Positions 33,101 through 44,241 of a stretch of DNA of 64,000 nucleotides are shown here, in pieces. Under the pieces are notes generated by a model. The model saw only the letters and a list, made by a program, of their open reading frames with translations. It was not told the origin of the DNA and searched no databases. Within the stretch, counting starts at the first letter, position 1; each line of letters opens with the position of its first letter. The position numbers and the translations under genes are program-made. The stretch covers positions 384,001-448,000 of the forward strand of contig CP000071.1 in the NCBI GenBank assembly GCA_000002445.1, written 5' to 3'. Origin of the DNA: Trypanosoma brucei (Eukaryota).

Positions 33101-33464
33101 CCACACCGCTATTACCCTCAGCGTCATCACTGACACATGGCAAAGCAAGCACCCAATCCAGAGTCAGTTGGATGACACGGGGCCCAGCCTCTCCATCACC
33201 GGCAGCCGCGCCAGCAGAATCAGCTGAGAGCAGGTGGAGGCCCAACCCATCCTCCCCAACAGCTAAGCTTCCATTATGTTTGGCGCTGTCAACGGGCACG
33301 GTTGCCTTTACTGCAGTGAGGAACTCAGAAGGTGTCGTCCACGTAATGACAGGCACGGAGGGTGTGTCAAGTAGGGACACCCTATCCGCAACTGTGGCCT
33401 CGTCGCAGCTTGTGCAGGAATGACATGGCAGAACATAGCGCAATGTCAAACTGGAAGGGCTCAT
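30144..33464 (-). CDS. Large hypothetical protein (1106 aa), with a C-terminal TM helix (tail-anchored topology)
   Basis: Genuine ATG. C-terminus ...RNAYLLALLASVAVAYLVVVFLYG-stop is a single terminal hydrophobic helix. An upstream basic, repetitive ERPAKVERPVKAERPAKTERPMK stretch precedes it. Confidence 0.7.
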   Translation of the reverse strand: MSPSSLTLRYVLPCHSCTSCDEATVADRVSLLDTPSVPVITWTTPSEFLTAVKATVPVDSAKHNGSLAVGEDGLGLHLLSADSAGAAAGDGEAGPRVIQLTLDWVLALPCVSDDAEGNSGVELHVLRTNRLDFLVQTWSAVTSHIVRLTTWPRMEVSFFPSGFPCEIVSGMINGSEPSYYEVRACIPIRLVLSPTPEGTKERKNDDRGSVSEMLEEFASTKRMYAHQLRALIHDAAFSCISSNPTSFCGFDEAPSSGRGTDTASPGESVKEEEAVSSASTNQQSGGGVSAGKEPKGPQQVLPRVFHSIPPPPVPVALNICLTHHGEDGEVPTEGDDQRERDVVLFVHTVVRAVRPRSGASPRLRPRRIALDALVNLFPERFAVHGVSDVAVAEVNVEDLSCMWVPFNDTTIGGDVLALSAEEYFSFHGRQDSEASGQASPRGNGSKMQHNPYDRMRVSPADVDPHGRKTAPQPCFGWGRGMCFNGGGPGRPFTFNPALCGTFQCFPWTPSFALRKGRTASAGAAETSEVRDVVRSSWTGVSSWKNVTPGLSCSWRGESSGSRRGGKSGSLRSGASEAPWAPWAAETPDDVSVKVPPQAEETSAVSASPQDDNEVMDLSDSRQMILEWADSIGLSRRRTANLAQQLERLGEQFASISLQHCVTTDGADKRKKGRGGRNGQKAVDAGAPEEDSDAVHLVEGLIGASMRPHGSISEEVLRFAARLLGGAKQCEEDYGSVDECAKEAFDMIQKLDQDLRATALEVQRTQKDIRKTLSGILTPKGERKAKVETPNLFYPAIKALNPEQSHRTELFGIGAPSGLSRSGDILTLLRFKKGDYEVAEQSVMTVSDKLRKAEVWCAAQLEQMQLVVKLYKDILVPCLDARVATKRDEERKRSKLIVDWAVSIAIVLESQRSAESQESNGVERHEDEHLSHKGPRGAASTEKPLRLSNGKPLLNGGSNGRAHEGQAEPLKTHDATTRSEGKGLEASSERPAKVERPVKAERPAKTERPMKADRVAPPVTETTRDLHRSTSPKRKRKAPAVVAQPWSLMTVTPAPVVTTQRRGSRYRRFLWRLARFSQVDRLRRNAYLLALLASVAVAYLVVVFLYG

Positions 33465-35068
33465 CCGTCGGGCTCCCAGTTTCTCCTGCCCGCAGAGGCA
33501 ACAAATGAAGTTAACTGAACCCTGAAAGGGAACAAAGTGGGTTAAAACTTACCCAGAAAAGGGGAAACGCGAAGACGGCCGATACGCGGTCAACGATGAA
33601 AAAGAAAGAGAGCGTGCTTGGTGCCTTTTCTCTGCTTACTACACTAAGGTTGGTTTTCTATGACTGTAAATGGAGACGTGCACGTGAAAGACACAGCGAA
33701 CCCAACTACACACTTTGATCGATGCACAGCTTTTTCTCTCCCTTTCCAGCCCTCTATTTTCTCCTTGGTTTTCTTCAGCGCCACGGAAGAGAGAGTTCTG
33801 CAGTGTGCTTCTCGGTAAGCCAAAAGTACGCCCACTCTGGTGACAGGATATCAATATATATATATATATGTACGCGTATATATGGGTGTTTGTTCACACC
33901 CCTTCCTTCTTTCACACTCCTTAGCCTTAGTTAGTATCCTTCCTTCTTCTCTCCCTCGCTCTTCAGCTCTTCGGCTCCTCAGTCTCCTAATTAATGGTGC
34001 CTGTCGTTAGTTCCTCCTTCCCACCTTTTTTTATCGAAAACTCTCACACCTCTCTTCCTCTACCACCAACGCCCCCAAACCGCACCTCGTCGTCCAGGAA
34101 CTGCGGCGGTAGAACCAAAATATGGCGTGGAAGGAAGCCAATATAAAGTGGAAAAGATAGATGCAGAGAAAACGAATGAGAGGCTCTTCTCAAGCTTTCT
34201 TAACCCTATCTCCCCTGTGTGCCTTCCTTCCCCCTTTGCACCTCTGTTTTTAATACTGCACTTTGTCCCTTCTTTGTTGAGCAACAATCGCTGTTTACCT
34301 CCCCTCTCTTCCTTTTCTTCAGTGCGGATTACTTGTCTCACTGCCTTACTTCCTTCACACCTCGATCTTGATTTCTTTACTTATCTTTCTTTTTCCTTGA
34401 TTCGTTGCTGTCTTCCGCCTTGTATGGTTTGAATTCCCCGTTCTTCCTTTTCTTCCTACCCCACGCGCTTGACCAAGTCACTATCACTCTTTTCTTTGTG
34501 AGTGAATATATATATATATATATCTACTAAAGGCTACCACACCGGAGGAACCAAAGAAATGACGAGAGAAAAAGAAAAAAGCAAACACAGAAATAGTGAA
34601 GACTGTCGAGTAACACAAGGAAGCGAATAAGTGCGGACGGAACTAAAATACCGACACTGACAATCGTGGGGGAGAAGTACACATGCGCGTACGTATAAAT
34701 GTGTGCAGTAGTGCTTCAAAGAGCTGTACGCAATCCACATGAAGAGAGGGAATCGTAGCCAAAATCGAGTATGAAGTATAAATGCAGGTTGGGTCTCATA
34801 TATATATATATATATATACGCACATGCCTGTCAGTTCTTACCTCATCCCCTCACACCTTCACCCACGCCCGCACGACTGGTAAAAAAAAACGCACCATTT
34901 GATGCATGCGGTGGCTTCGAAGTTCTGGAGTTTATTGTTATGACTCCTTAGAGGGCTTCCAGCGCGGTTGCAGTCAACTACTTGTTCATCTGTTCTACTT
35001 TATTTTCTGCTCTTAACCCATAGCTGACCCTCCCCCACAGGGGCATACACGCGCCCCCCAAACATACC

Positions 35069-35094
35069 AACACACACACACACACACACACACA
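35069..35094. repeat. (CA)n microsatellite
   Basis: cacacacacacacacacacacacaca within the 2.4-kb gap between the PH-domain gene and the 1106-aa gene. Confidence 0.9.
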
Positions 35095-35850
35095 AACCGA
35101 TGGATTTCAACGAACTGCAGGAAGCGAGCAGGAAGAGGGGAGCTGTGCTCTATTATATCACAAGTGCGTGTACAGATGTAGAAAAAAAAAATGATAACAA
35201 ATGAGGGAAAGTGAAACCAAAGGATTGTAGAGAGAGAGAGAGGTAAAGAGAATGAGATTGATTGAAGCCACTTACATTGACAACTGTGGGAACGCCACGT
35301 TACTTTTTCGTTTCTGGTGTCATTTTGAAACTTAGCTCGTGACTCATCCTCCCTCCAACCCCTCTAACTCGGGGTTGAGGCGAGGAGGCAACAACAACCA
35401 CAACGCCAATGACGAAACATTATAAATGCCGAGTCGTATTTCTGGCTACCACTTTTTTATTTAAAAAAAAAAGAAACTCTCGTATCCTGCGACTTTCTCA
35501 CCCCTCTTCGGTCCTCCTTCCACACACCTGCTCAAATATCCCTCTATTACTGGCAAGTTCACGGCCCACCTCTCTATCCGGATCTATTTATTTCTCATGA
35601 AAGCGTGCCGCACAAAAATTATGCCCAACAGAGTTCACAGTCGCAAATTCCCTGTCCAACAAAAAAAGTCACAAAGGTAAATGGGTTGGAAGCAAAAAAA
35701 AAAAAACGACGGCAAACCATTAACTAATATCGGCACTCACTTAGCCCGCCACCTCCGATTCCAATAAAACTTCCACCCAGAGGGTGGCCACACACACTAA
35801 CAAAATTCATCAGTGCATGGTGGTCACGGTCGCTGCTTTAGCATTTTGTA

Positions 35851-38019
35851 TTACGATGAAGGCCCTGTGGGCTGCAGCTTGTTCCGCTCCACAATGAACG
35901 ACATGGCGCGCATCCATAGATCCCTGTCCTCTTCGGTAAGGAATGTAAGCGCCAAGTCACGCTCATTGAACCTCAAAACCGCACACATCTCGTTTGGAAC
36001 CGCACTTCCGTTGTGGTCTTGAACGACACCCCGCTTGTCTCGCTTGAAGAAACGCGAAAACTGTTCGAGAGTGCCCTCACACAGAGGAGACGCACAAAAA
36101 AGTGTGTGTAGACTAAGTGCATTCTTGCAACCCTTAAGTGAAGCGCTAGTAAGGGAGGTGGGGGACGGGCCCCAGATGAGATGTGGGGTTGGTGACGCAC
36201 CGCCGCGTTTAGCGGGCAACATCTCCACACGGAAGTAACGCAGATGCGGCCGGCCACCCGTCACGTGCTTGCAGATGTTATTGCCGCGGCGCAGCATTGG
36301 GACGAGACCATGCAGCGGACATCCCACAGCCCTACCGGACACACCGCCACGCTGCCGATTAACGGCTTCAGGAGTGGTTTCCATGGACGTATTTGCGCAA
36401 GCCGCAGCAGACCGACATGACAACGCACGCTGCCTTGAGGCAGCGGATCGGGAAGCGCTACGTCCTGCACGTAACCCGGCGGCACTAAGATCTCGCTGGC
36501 CAAGGGCGCGTGAGTGGGCTCTGAGGCGCTGCCGTGACAGCGCACAGGGTTGTTGCGATTGGGGCAGAGGACCCCCAAACTGGCTTGAATTTACGGGAAC
36601 TGCCCGCCATGCTCTCGCCCCCTCCAAGCCCCTCTCCCCGGAACGATGGTGAGGTGATACATCGCATGCGTCACCTCCGTGTACATCCCTTCTGTCTACA
36701 CTGTGACGAGGGGTTCCCTTCGTTAGGATCGGGAAGTCTTCCGGCTCCACAACACAGGCAACAACAGGGTCCTCATCCTTGAAACCCGCACGACCAATAC
36801 CAACAGAGTCTCTATAGTCACGAACGGTACGGTACATGTCCACATAGAAGCACTGCACGAGGCCAAGCACATCCTCCGGCGTCATCGTTTCGAGCCCCTT
36901 TCGCGATTCTTGTGCATCCAACGCGTAATGGTTCTTCAGATAGTAAATGATCGTGTGGAGGTTTTCCGCGTGTACATCGGAGGGAAAAGTTGTCGGGTTT
37001 GAGCGGTTTTTCCCACCTTCCCTGCGGCCGAGGCTACTGCTGCTGACGTTAGCGGCATTATCAGCGGCCATGCGATCACTGAGCCTGGCGGTAGGTGACA
37101 AGCTACTGTTCACCGGAAAGCTAGAGAAGCCGTTGCCGCTGACACCGGTCGCGAGACCATCCCTCCTGCCACCCGTGGAGTTACTGCTCACCGCAACACG
37201 TTCCGGCCTACTTCCTTGTCGGCTCATATCGGCGCTACCTCGTCGCGAGACTGGCTTGGAGAGCGCGCGATCACAACCGTTACCGCCGTCAGGTCCCGAG
37301 TTTTTGAAACATTCATCGATGGAGGAGTGGTTGTGAACCGCCACAATGAGGCCCTCCTCACCGCCACGCCTCTCCCGCAGTCGCCCTACCTCGCCACGAC
37401 CCTTCGTGCCGTACAAAGCTGTAAGAGAATCGTCGCGCCTCATCAGTGTCTCGTCTGCATCTTGCCGCCTGCCGGAAGGATCCAGCGACGTCACATCCTG
37501 GTAGCATTGCTTCGAGGATGTGCGAAGGAAGGGCTGTGACATTGAAGCCTGCTTAGGATCAGCTTTCGACCCACGTCGTGATGCTGCCGTCTTCCGTACG
37601 CCACCATCAAGCGACGTATTTCCAGGTTGCGAAGGTTGATTGATCATGTGTTTTTTGTCATATCTCAGGGGCTCTGCCTCCACAAACTCCCCGTTAGTTG
37701 CAAGCGATGGCACTCTAGTGGTTGCGCCGGACGCATAATTGGGCCCCTGGTTGTGACTAAAGGTATCTGGACCGACATGCATGCCACTCACCGCACTGCC
37801 CCTTCTGCTGCACCCACCCGGTCGTTCACCAATCGACCTGCGCTCACCAACACTTTGGTGAGGCCTACTGCTGGCACGCATAGGTGCCACCTGGTGGTCT
37901 ATCGAATGGTCGTACGCCGGCGTCACAGATCCTGTCATGTCCTGGTAATGATGTTGCTGTTGGGGGTAAATCTCCTGCTCTAACGGAAAACAACGGGAAG
38001 CCGAATTTCTTCGACTCAT
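35851..38019 (-). CDS. Hypothetical protein (722 aa) with a C-terminal PH-like domain
   Basis: The C-terminal ~110 aa (...HLRYFRVEMLPAKRGG...GTLEQFSRFFKRDKRGVVQDHNGSAVPNEMCAVLRFNERDLALTFLTEEDRDLWMRAMSFIVERN) fits a PH/PTB-like β-sandwich ending in an amphipathic helix with a conserved Trp. Genuine ATG at 38019. Confidence 0.6.
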   Translation of the reverse strand: MSRRNSASRCFPLEQEIYPQQQHHYQDMTGSVTPAYDHSIDHQVAPMRASSRPHQSVGERRSIGERPGGCSRRGSAVSGMHVGPDTFSHNQGPNYASGATTRVPSLATNGEFVEAEPLRYDKKHMINQPSQPGNTSLDGGVRKTAASRRGSKADPKQASMSQPFLRTSSKQCYQDVTSLDPSGRRQDADETLMRRDDSLTALYGTKGRGEVGRLRERRGGEEGLIVAVHNHSSIDECFKNSGPDGGNGCDRALSKPVSRRGSADMSRQGSRPERVAVSSNSTGGRRDGLATGVSGNGFSSFPVNSSLSPTARLSDRMAADNAANVSSSSLGRREGGKNRSNPTTFPSDVHAENLHTIIYYLKNHYALDAQESRKGLETMTPEDVLGLVQCFYVDMYRTVRDYRDSVGIGRAGFKDEDPVVACVVEPEDFPILTKGTPRHSVDRRDVHGGDACDVSPHHRSGERGLEGARAWRAVPVNSSQFGGPLPQSQQPCALSRQRLRAHSRALGQRDLSAAGLRAGRSASRSAASRQRALSCRSAAACANTSMETTPEAVNRQRGGVSGRAVGCPLHGLVPMLRRGNNICKHVTGGRPHLRYFRVEMLPAKRGGASPTPHLIWGPSPTSLTSASLKGCKNALSLHTLFCASPLCEGTLEQFSRFFKRDKRGVVQDHNGSAVPNEMCAVLRFNERDLALTFLTEEDRDLWMRAMSFIVERNKLQPTGPSS

Positions 38020-38644
38020 TTTATAAGGGTATCAAAGGGACTTACTACCCCGCCACCTTTCGTCACTGCTCGTTTCTAACACCTGTCAGTCGTTGTCGCT
38101 TGACGCTCCCCTCGACTTGTCGACTTTCTCTACTTCCCCTCCCCTTTCGTCCCTCTTCTTTATTATATATATATATATATATGTTGCTAATTCACAAACG
38201 CTGCCTGCAGCCGTGACTCCTTTGATACCAAATAGAATAGTAAACCACGGAAGTCACTCGCACAGAACCACTCGTAACACTCGGAACCGCCACACTCGGG
38301 ATGTACGGCCACAGCAACCGCCACCTCTCAACGCACACGCACACCTCTTCCTTACCACAGGACACACGTTGCACCTTCCCCCCTCGCTTCAAGTGCTTCG
38401 TGTATGGCCGCGTATGAGTGAACCTAAGGTGTATTTGTTTTCACTCTTGTGGACGTACTTCGTAACTGCCCCCACGTCTGTATATCAACCTGTATATCTA
38501 TAAATATATGTTATGTACACCTTTGCAAAGTGACTAGGAACCTAATGCGTCACAAGAGACAAGGGGTCCCGCTACTTACGAGTACGGCCCACTTTCCCTG
38601 CCCTGAAACTGATGGGAACCTCCTCTTGTTGAAATGAAAGAGTG

Positions 38645-38671
38645 ATATATATATATATATATATATATATT
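38645..38671. repeat. (AT)n microsatellite
   Basis: atatatatatatatatatatatatata. Confidence 0.9.
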
Positions 38672-40653
38672 GCACAAAATAAAATATAATTTAAAGGGAC
38701 CAAATAAGCGAAACACTAGCAACAGAAGTGGGGAAGAAACGCCCCACTTCAACAGTTCCCACCCTTTCTAACTCAGTACTAACGGCAGCGCTACAAGCGG
38801 ATGTTCCTTTCGCCGCTACCATGAGTGCGGGTGGTTTTTAGCAAGCACACACACAAAAAAAAAAGAAAACAAAGGCGAGGCAATAAGAGGAGAATGGGGG
38901 AGAATCGTACCGTCAGTGAGCCTGGCTAAAGGTGCAACAGCTGAATCAGGGAAAAGGGATTTCTAAACAAGAAGGAGATAGTGTGAACAAATTAAGAAGT
39001 TTATAGAGGAAAAGAAAGCAGAACGGATGCACAATAGAACACAATTAACGCGCTACACAAAAAGAATATAATGAAAAGCAGGTGCCTCCCCGTTACGCTA
39101 TTAAATTTCGTTTTTTCACCCCCTCCCCCTCACCACCTAACACAACTCACGAGAGAAGATGGTACCTCTCAAGCTGTAAAAAAGGGGGGATGAAACACTT
39201 GAGAGCAAAGCCACTCACCTCTCCCACCTTACCTTCCACACACCCCCATAACTACCAGCGGCCCTTCCACAGAGATGTGACCTCTACAGACATGCATTCC
39301 TCCTCCTCCTTCCTCCCTCTGCCCACCACGCAAAAATATCACCAGCAAAAGAGGAAGCAACCAGTGCAAAAGACGCCATGACCGCACCTACCAACCACAA
39401 CAAGGGGAAATATCAGGTCATGTCATTGCCCACGCTACACAGATATATCCATGCCTTGTACAACCAATTGCAGCGGCACTGGCGCCGTATGCATGTAAAG
39501 GCAATGACTGAGGGTACATTAATCGAGCAGAGTTAGTACAGAAAGAAAATGAAGAGGATTTTTTTGCAAACCTGGCAGAGTGATACGTAGAACAATATCG
39601 AAGGTGAGCCTCCACAGGAAGAAGGGACTACTAGACTACAACGGCGGGCACAGTAGTAGAAATTATAACAACAAAACCGGTGTTCAGGAGCGAACTGCAA
39701 CGTCCCTGGGTTCTTTTGGCTTGCCACAACATGTGCTGGCTAATCGACTGCAAAGGACAAAAAATTATAATGGTAAAAGAAGGTATGCACTAACAGAGAA
39801 AAGAAGCGGAGACAAGGCGACGAAGAACAGAACAGGCACAGACCTCATGTACAAAAATAGAAAGAGAATCGCTGAGTAGAATTGAATGGTTGACTGTTGT
39901 TACCATCCATAGAAGATAGAGAAAGGGACGCCGTAAGGCCGATAGTGTTTAATACGCGTAACCGCCACAAGGAGTGTAATAATCCTAACCGTACTTGTCC
40001 CCCACTATCATCTTCCCACTTGTGGTCCCATCACAGACACCACACTCAACCAACACAAGGCGATGAAAGGAACTGTAAGGGAAAGGGAACGCATTATTCC
40101 TCTCACCCGCTTGTACTCAACTAGCTGATGCGCTTGCAATTCCCACTTCCTCCTCATCTTATACTCGCTTCACAGCTGCATAACTCCCTTTGAATTGGGC
40201 CTCAGCACAGGACCCATCACACACAAGCAGACACATGCATACACCACTTTGCTGTTTCCGCCAACTCTCCAAGCTGGTAGCCGGGTTTTGTGGGTTGGAC
40301 ATCAACTGAACCGATATATTCTCGGCGGACCACCAACGTAAGGAAACTGGGTGTTGACACAGTAGCTGCACAAAGAGAAATAAAGTAACAGACGTATAAA
40401 TATCAGTCGTATGCACTTCCTGTCATAAACTTCTCAAATGCAAACAGCAACGCGCACGACAAAGATGGATCTGCTCCATACCTTTCAACTTAACTCAACT
40501 CTCACAGTCAAATAAGCTAACTCCATTGGAAACCGTGTGCAGACACAAACACAAACAACTAAAGGGGCACACCAACTACACATTAACTGGCAACCGGCAT
40601 CGTCACTACATCCGCAGTAAGCGCTGAAAAGCAGGCAGCATGGTCCAAAGATT

Positions 40654-41658
40654 TCAGGCAGCCGGTAAAAACCACATATAGAGTGACGATATATAAACCA
40701 TGCGCACCATCGTGAACGCAGCCCCACGATAAAATCCGGCGATCCCCTCCGTCGAAAGTATGTGATGGAAGCAGTGCCGTGCCGAAGCATAGCGAAGCCC
40801 GTCCATCGTAACCGCGATCATCATACGGCGCCTCATCGTGTCGAGGGGATGCAAACCTAACGTCGATACTGCCGAGACACCGACACCTGCGCCCACTTGC
40901 ACCACAGTCGCCGTGTAACCCCCGGGCTCGGATGGTAGTCGCGAGAGAACCTGCTGCGTCAAGCCCGTGTACATGACGCCGTATATTATACTTCCGGTTA
41001 CATAGAGGCCAAAACCCGCGTAAAGGAGATGTGGAGCCTCACTAAACACAGATTGGGCAAAGAAGGCCAAACTGTGACGATAATCATAAAGATCACACGG
41101 ACTACGCCTCAAATCCACCGCAAGGCGGAAACGTGCAAACTCCAGCGGGTATGACACCGCAGAAACAGCCAACGCGCCGCATAGAATTGATGCATATGTG
41201 GCGGCCGAATGCCCGAATGGGAAACCCCGTGGGAAGTTGTTGTATACCCACATCTGCATCGGGCCCCCAAGAAGCATGTGCGCAGCGGTAACGGGAAGCA
41301 ACGACCCTACTTGAACAAGATTACCACGCCAGAAACTACGAATCCCCTCGATAGAATGAATGCAACGGAAGCAGTGCCATGAACTGCGGAAAGTACGATC
41401 AAGAACACCCGTGCGCTGCAGTTCCTTCTGGCACTGCATAACAAACTTAATACGATCAAGTGGAGCGACTATAGTACATAAGCAACACTTCTGAACACAC
41501 GCCACCTGGAGGGACTGCACCGATATGTTGTCAGAGGGATCGTTACTAAAGTCGTTGGGTGCCTCAGACTCCATCTCATTATCCAGAGGAAGTGGATCCC
41601 CCAATGCACGTTTCGCCTGCCGCTGGAGCCCGGGCTCCTCACCATCGCCACCAACCAT
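40654..41658 (-). CDS. Mitochondrial carrier family protein, ADP/ATP-carrier-like (divergent)
   Basis: 334 aa. Three Px[DE]xx[KR] carrier signatures (PLDRIK, PLEFAR, PLDTMRR), plus the AAC-type RRRMM motif in repeat 3 (PLDTMRRRMMIA) and an RGN motif (FWRGNLVQV). N-terminal acidic extension. Genuine ATG. Confidence 0.85.
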   Translation of the reverse strand: MVGGDGEEPGLQRQAKRALGDPLPLDNEMESEAPNDFSNDPSDNISVQSLQVACVQKCCLCTIVAPLDRIKFVMQCQKELQRTGVLDRTFRSSWHCFRCIHSIEGIRSFWRGNLVQVGSLLPVTAAHMLLGGPMQMWVYNNFPRGFPFGHSAATYASILCGALAVSAVSYPLEFARFRLAVDLRRSPCDLYDYRHSLAFFAQSVFSEAPHLLYAGFGLYVTGSIIYGVMYTGLTQQVLSRLPSEPGGYTATVVQVGAGVGVSAVSTLGLHPLDTMRRRMMIAVTMDGLRYASARHCFHHILSTEGIAGFYRGAAFTMVRMVYISSLYMWFLPAA

Positions 41659-42875
41659 GGAGGACTAAGAGGCCTTCGACTAAACCAGTGGAAGACGAAT
41701 GAAAAGTGAAGTAGTGACAGAGCCTCAAAGGGAAGACATTGAACTAAAAAGCAACGACGAAGTCGAGGCGAGAACCCATTTCTTCCGGTCGCGCTAGGAA
41801 ACGGCTTCCCTTTCTTCACCCTCTCCAGAAACATCAGGGGAATATCGTGGGGATCTACACTGCCAATTGAATACATGCACATCACCCCCTGCTGTTCTAC
41901 CACTCACAACCTGACGCTCGACGAAACACGAGATCCCACTCTGGAGACAGAAAATGGGGATGAAAATGAGTGGGAGATGAAGGAATCCGAGGTTCCACCA
42001 TTTGTTCCGTTGCTCCGTCTCCGCGAGCGCGTGTCTGTGCACCTCACACACTCTGTCCCTCTGCTCATAGCCCCGCATTCGTCTCGCCGACAAGCTTCAC
42101 CATGTGATGTTGCAGCGCCCCTCCACTTTCAACACCAGTAAGCTCCAACCACTTCCACTATTCACACCTTTTGTACCAAGCACTACCAAATGGAAGATGC
42201 GGCGCCAGCAGGTGCGAAGAAGATGATATGAAGAGCAGACAAAACAAAATAACGTACGGACAAGGCAGTGGAGTAGTTTGGAGAGCCCGAGGGGGGGAGA
42301 CTGCAGGGCGAGTGTCAATGCACATCATCACATAGGGAAACAGCGAGGGGAAATTAAGACAGCACCAACTACAATCTCCACGGAGGGGAAGGAAGCTTTC
42401 ACCCGAGTAACGGGTACTCGAAAAAACCAAACAAAGCACAAGTGCACAACACCTTTTCCTCACCAGTATATGCGACCCCCACTCATTTGTTCCCGTCAAT
42501 ACGTGTGAAAAGGCCCCTGCAGCAAACCAATATGACACCTTAAGATAATAGCAAAAGCTGAAAAACGCCGATATGAAGGTAACTGTAAAATAATTTGAAG
42601 GGGCGAACAAAGGGCAACCCGGCAGCAAGAACGGAAGAACAGAAAAACATAACAGTAAACGAGACCCACAGCAGCGTACACCAAACACAAAGAATGTGCT
42701 TCATTAAGGGACTTTCGGCGCACCACAGTCCGTCGTGAAGGAACAAAAAAGCAAAAGAAAAGACCGCATAAGGCATGGAGATCAAGGGTAAGCGAAAAGT
42801 TTTTGGCGTGGCCACGCACAAAACCCATCACCGGCCATTTTCCCCTCCCCCCTCGCCGTACCTGTCCTTCTCTAA

Positions 42876-43598
42876 TCATTTTTCAGCGTTTTTTTTCGCC
42901 TGCCGTTTTTTGTATATCATGACGCCCATCAAAACTGCCATAGCTACCACCAGAATGCCGAAAAGGGACAAAAAGCATTTATCACCGGCCAACTGCCTGA
43001 AAAACCATCGTACATCCCGCCCTGCTCTATCCAACTGTCCCTGCAGCTCCTCCAAACCCTCATCGACCTGATACATCTGCTCGGTCTGCCGCTGCAGAGC
43101 CTGAAGGGTTTCCTGCCCCGTTTCTTCCGTCATAATCATCACCTTCTCCGTCCGCTGCAGGGAGACAAGCATGTCCTTCTGAACGTTCACTGCAGCCTCA
43201 AGTACCTGCTGCGAGTCCTGAAATCCCGACCCATCCGCCCCACCAGGGCCTAAGAGCTCCTCCTCCCGCCTTTCGGCATGTGTCTTCTCTAGTGCTACTT
43301 TGGTATGCTTGGCGTAGACATGCTTCTTTATTTCAGCGTCAAGCACACGAATCTTCTCCTCAGCAGCCCTGCAAACCTTCTCGTAGTGTGACCGCACAGC
43401 GGCATCCTCCGTCCGCCGTAGCTCGTCATTTAGCATTTCCACTTTGCTGCGTGCCTCCCGCATGACAGGTTTCGCCGATAACTCTGCCTGTTTCTTGTCT
43501 AGGGTTGTTGAAGCATTGAAGATGGAGTCAGAAGCGTTCACAAGCTTCTCCAGGGCTTCCTCCACCTCACCCACTAGCTCCTCAACTTTGGACGTCAT
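42876..43598 (-). CDS. Q-SNARE-like protein (coiled-coil protein with a SNARE heptad region and a C-terminal TM anchor)
   Basis: 240 aa. ...QETLQALQRQTEQMYQVDEGLEELQGQLDRAGRDVRWFFRQLAGDKC followed by the TM segment FLSLFGILVVAMAVLMGVMIY and a short basic tail. Tail-anchored SNARE topology. Confidence 0.65.
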   Translation of the reverse strand: MTSKVEELVGEVEEALEKLVNASDSIFNASTTLDKKQAELSAKPVMREARSKVEMLNDELRRTEDAAVRSHYEKVCRAAEEKIRVLDAEIKKHVYAKHTKVALEKTHAERREEELLGPGGADGSGFQDSQQVLEAAVNVQKDMLVSLQRTEKVMIMTEETGQETLQALQRQTEQMYQVDEGLEELQGQLDRAGRDVRWFFRQLAGDKCFLSLFGILVVAMAVLMGVMIYKKRQAKKNAEK

Positions 43599-44241
43599 CT
43601 GCTTCCTTACCTCTTACCTCAACTATTCTTAATAGTCTCCTGGCGCCTCACACACAAACCCCGTACACGAGTTAAGTGCCTGTAGTTGGCACACTGCGCC
43701 TCCGGTACGGGAAAACGGCGAAGGCTAAGCGCACTCTCCACCCCCACCAAACCTCAAATCACTTCTTCCCCAGCAAGCCCCTTGTTTCGCTATTGTCTTC
43801 TGATTATTGATATCTGTTTTCGCCACCCTCTGTGCTTCTCCTCAATTAGAAGACGACGAAACGTGTCAGTCTACGTTTTTAGAAAATGGAGAGGATCAGT
43901 CAAATTTTATTTTATTTTTTTTGAGTGCTCTACACGCCCTTCAAGTCCTACGCGCCCGCCAAGCTTTTGCAGAGGGCCAACCCGACTGAGGAGAACTACT
44001 CACTATACTGAATTCAATGTCCGAAGGTGTGCCAACGTGAAAGAAATAAAGGGGGAGAACGATATTTCAAATGCGTGTGAAGTTGATCGGAAGGAAGGTA
44101 AGAGAAACACTAAACGACCAAAATGCAGTTACCGAAGAACGGACTTCGCTCAGCCGTGCACGGCTGATAGAATCACAAAATTTTTAACGAAAAATAGAAA
44201 AAAAATGAGTAGGATTGTAAGTCCCAACTGAAGGCAGATTA

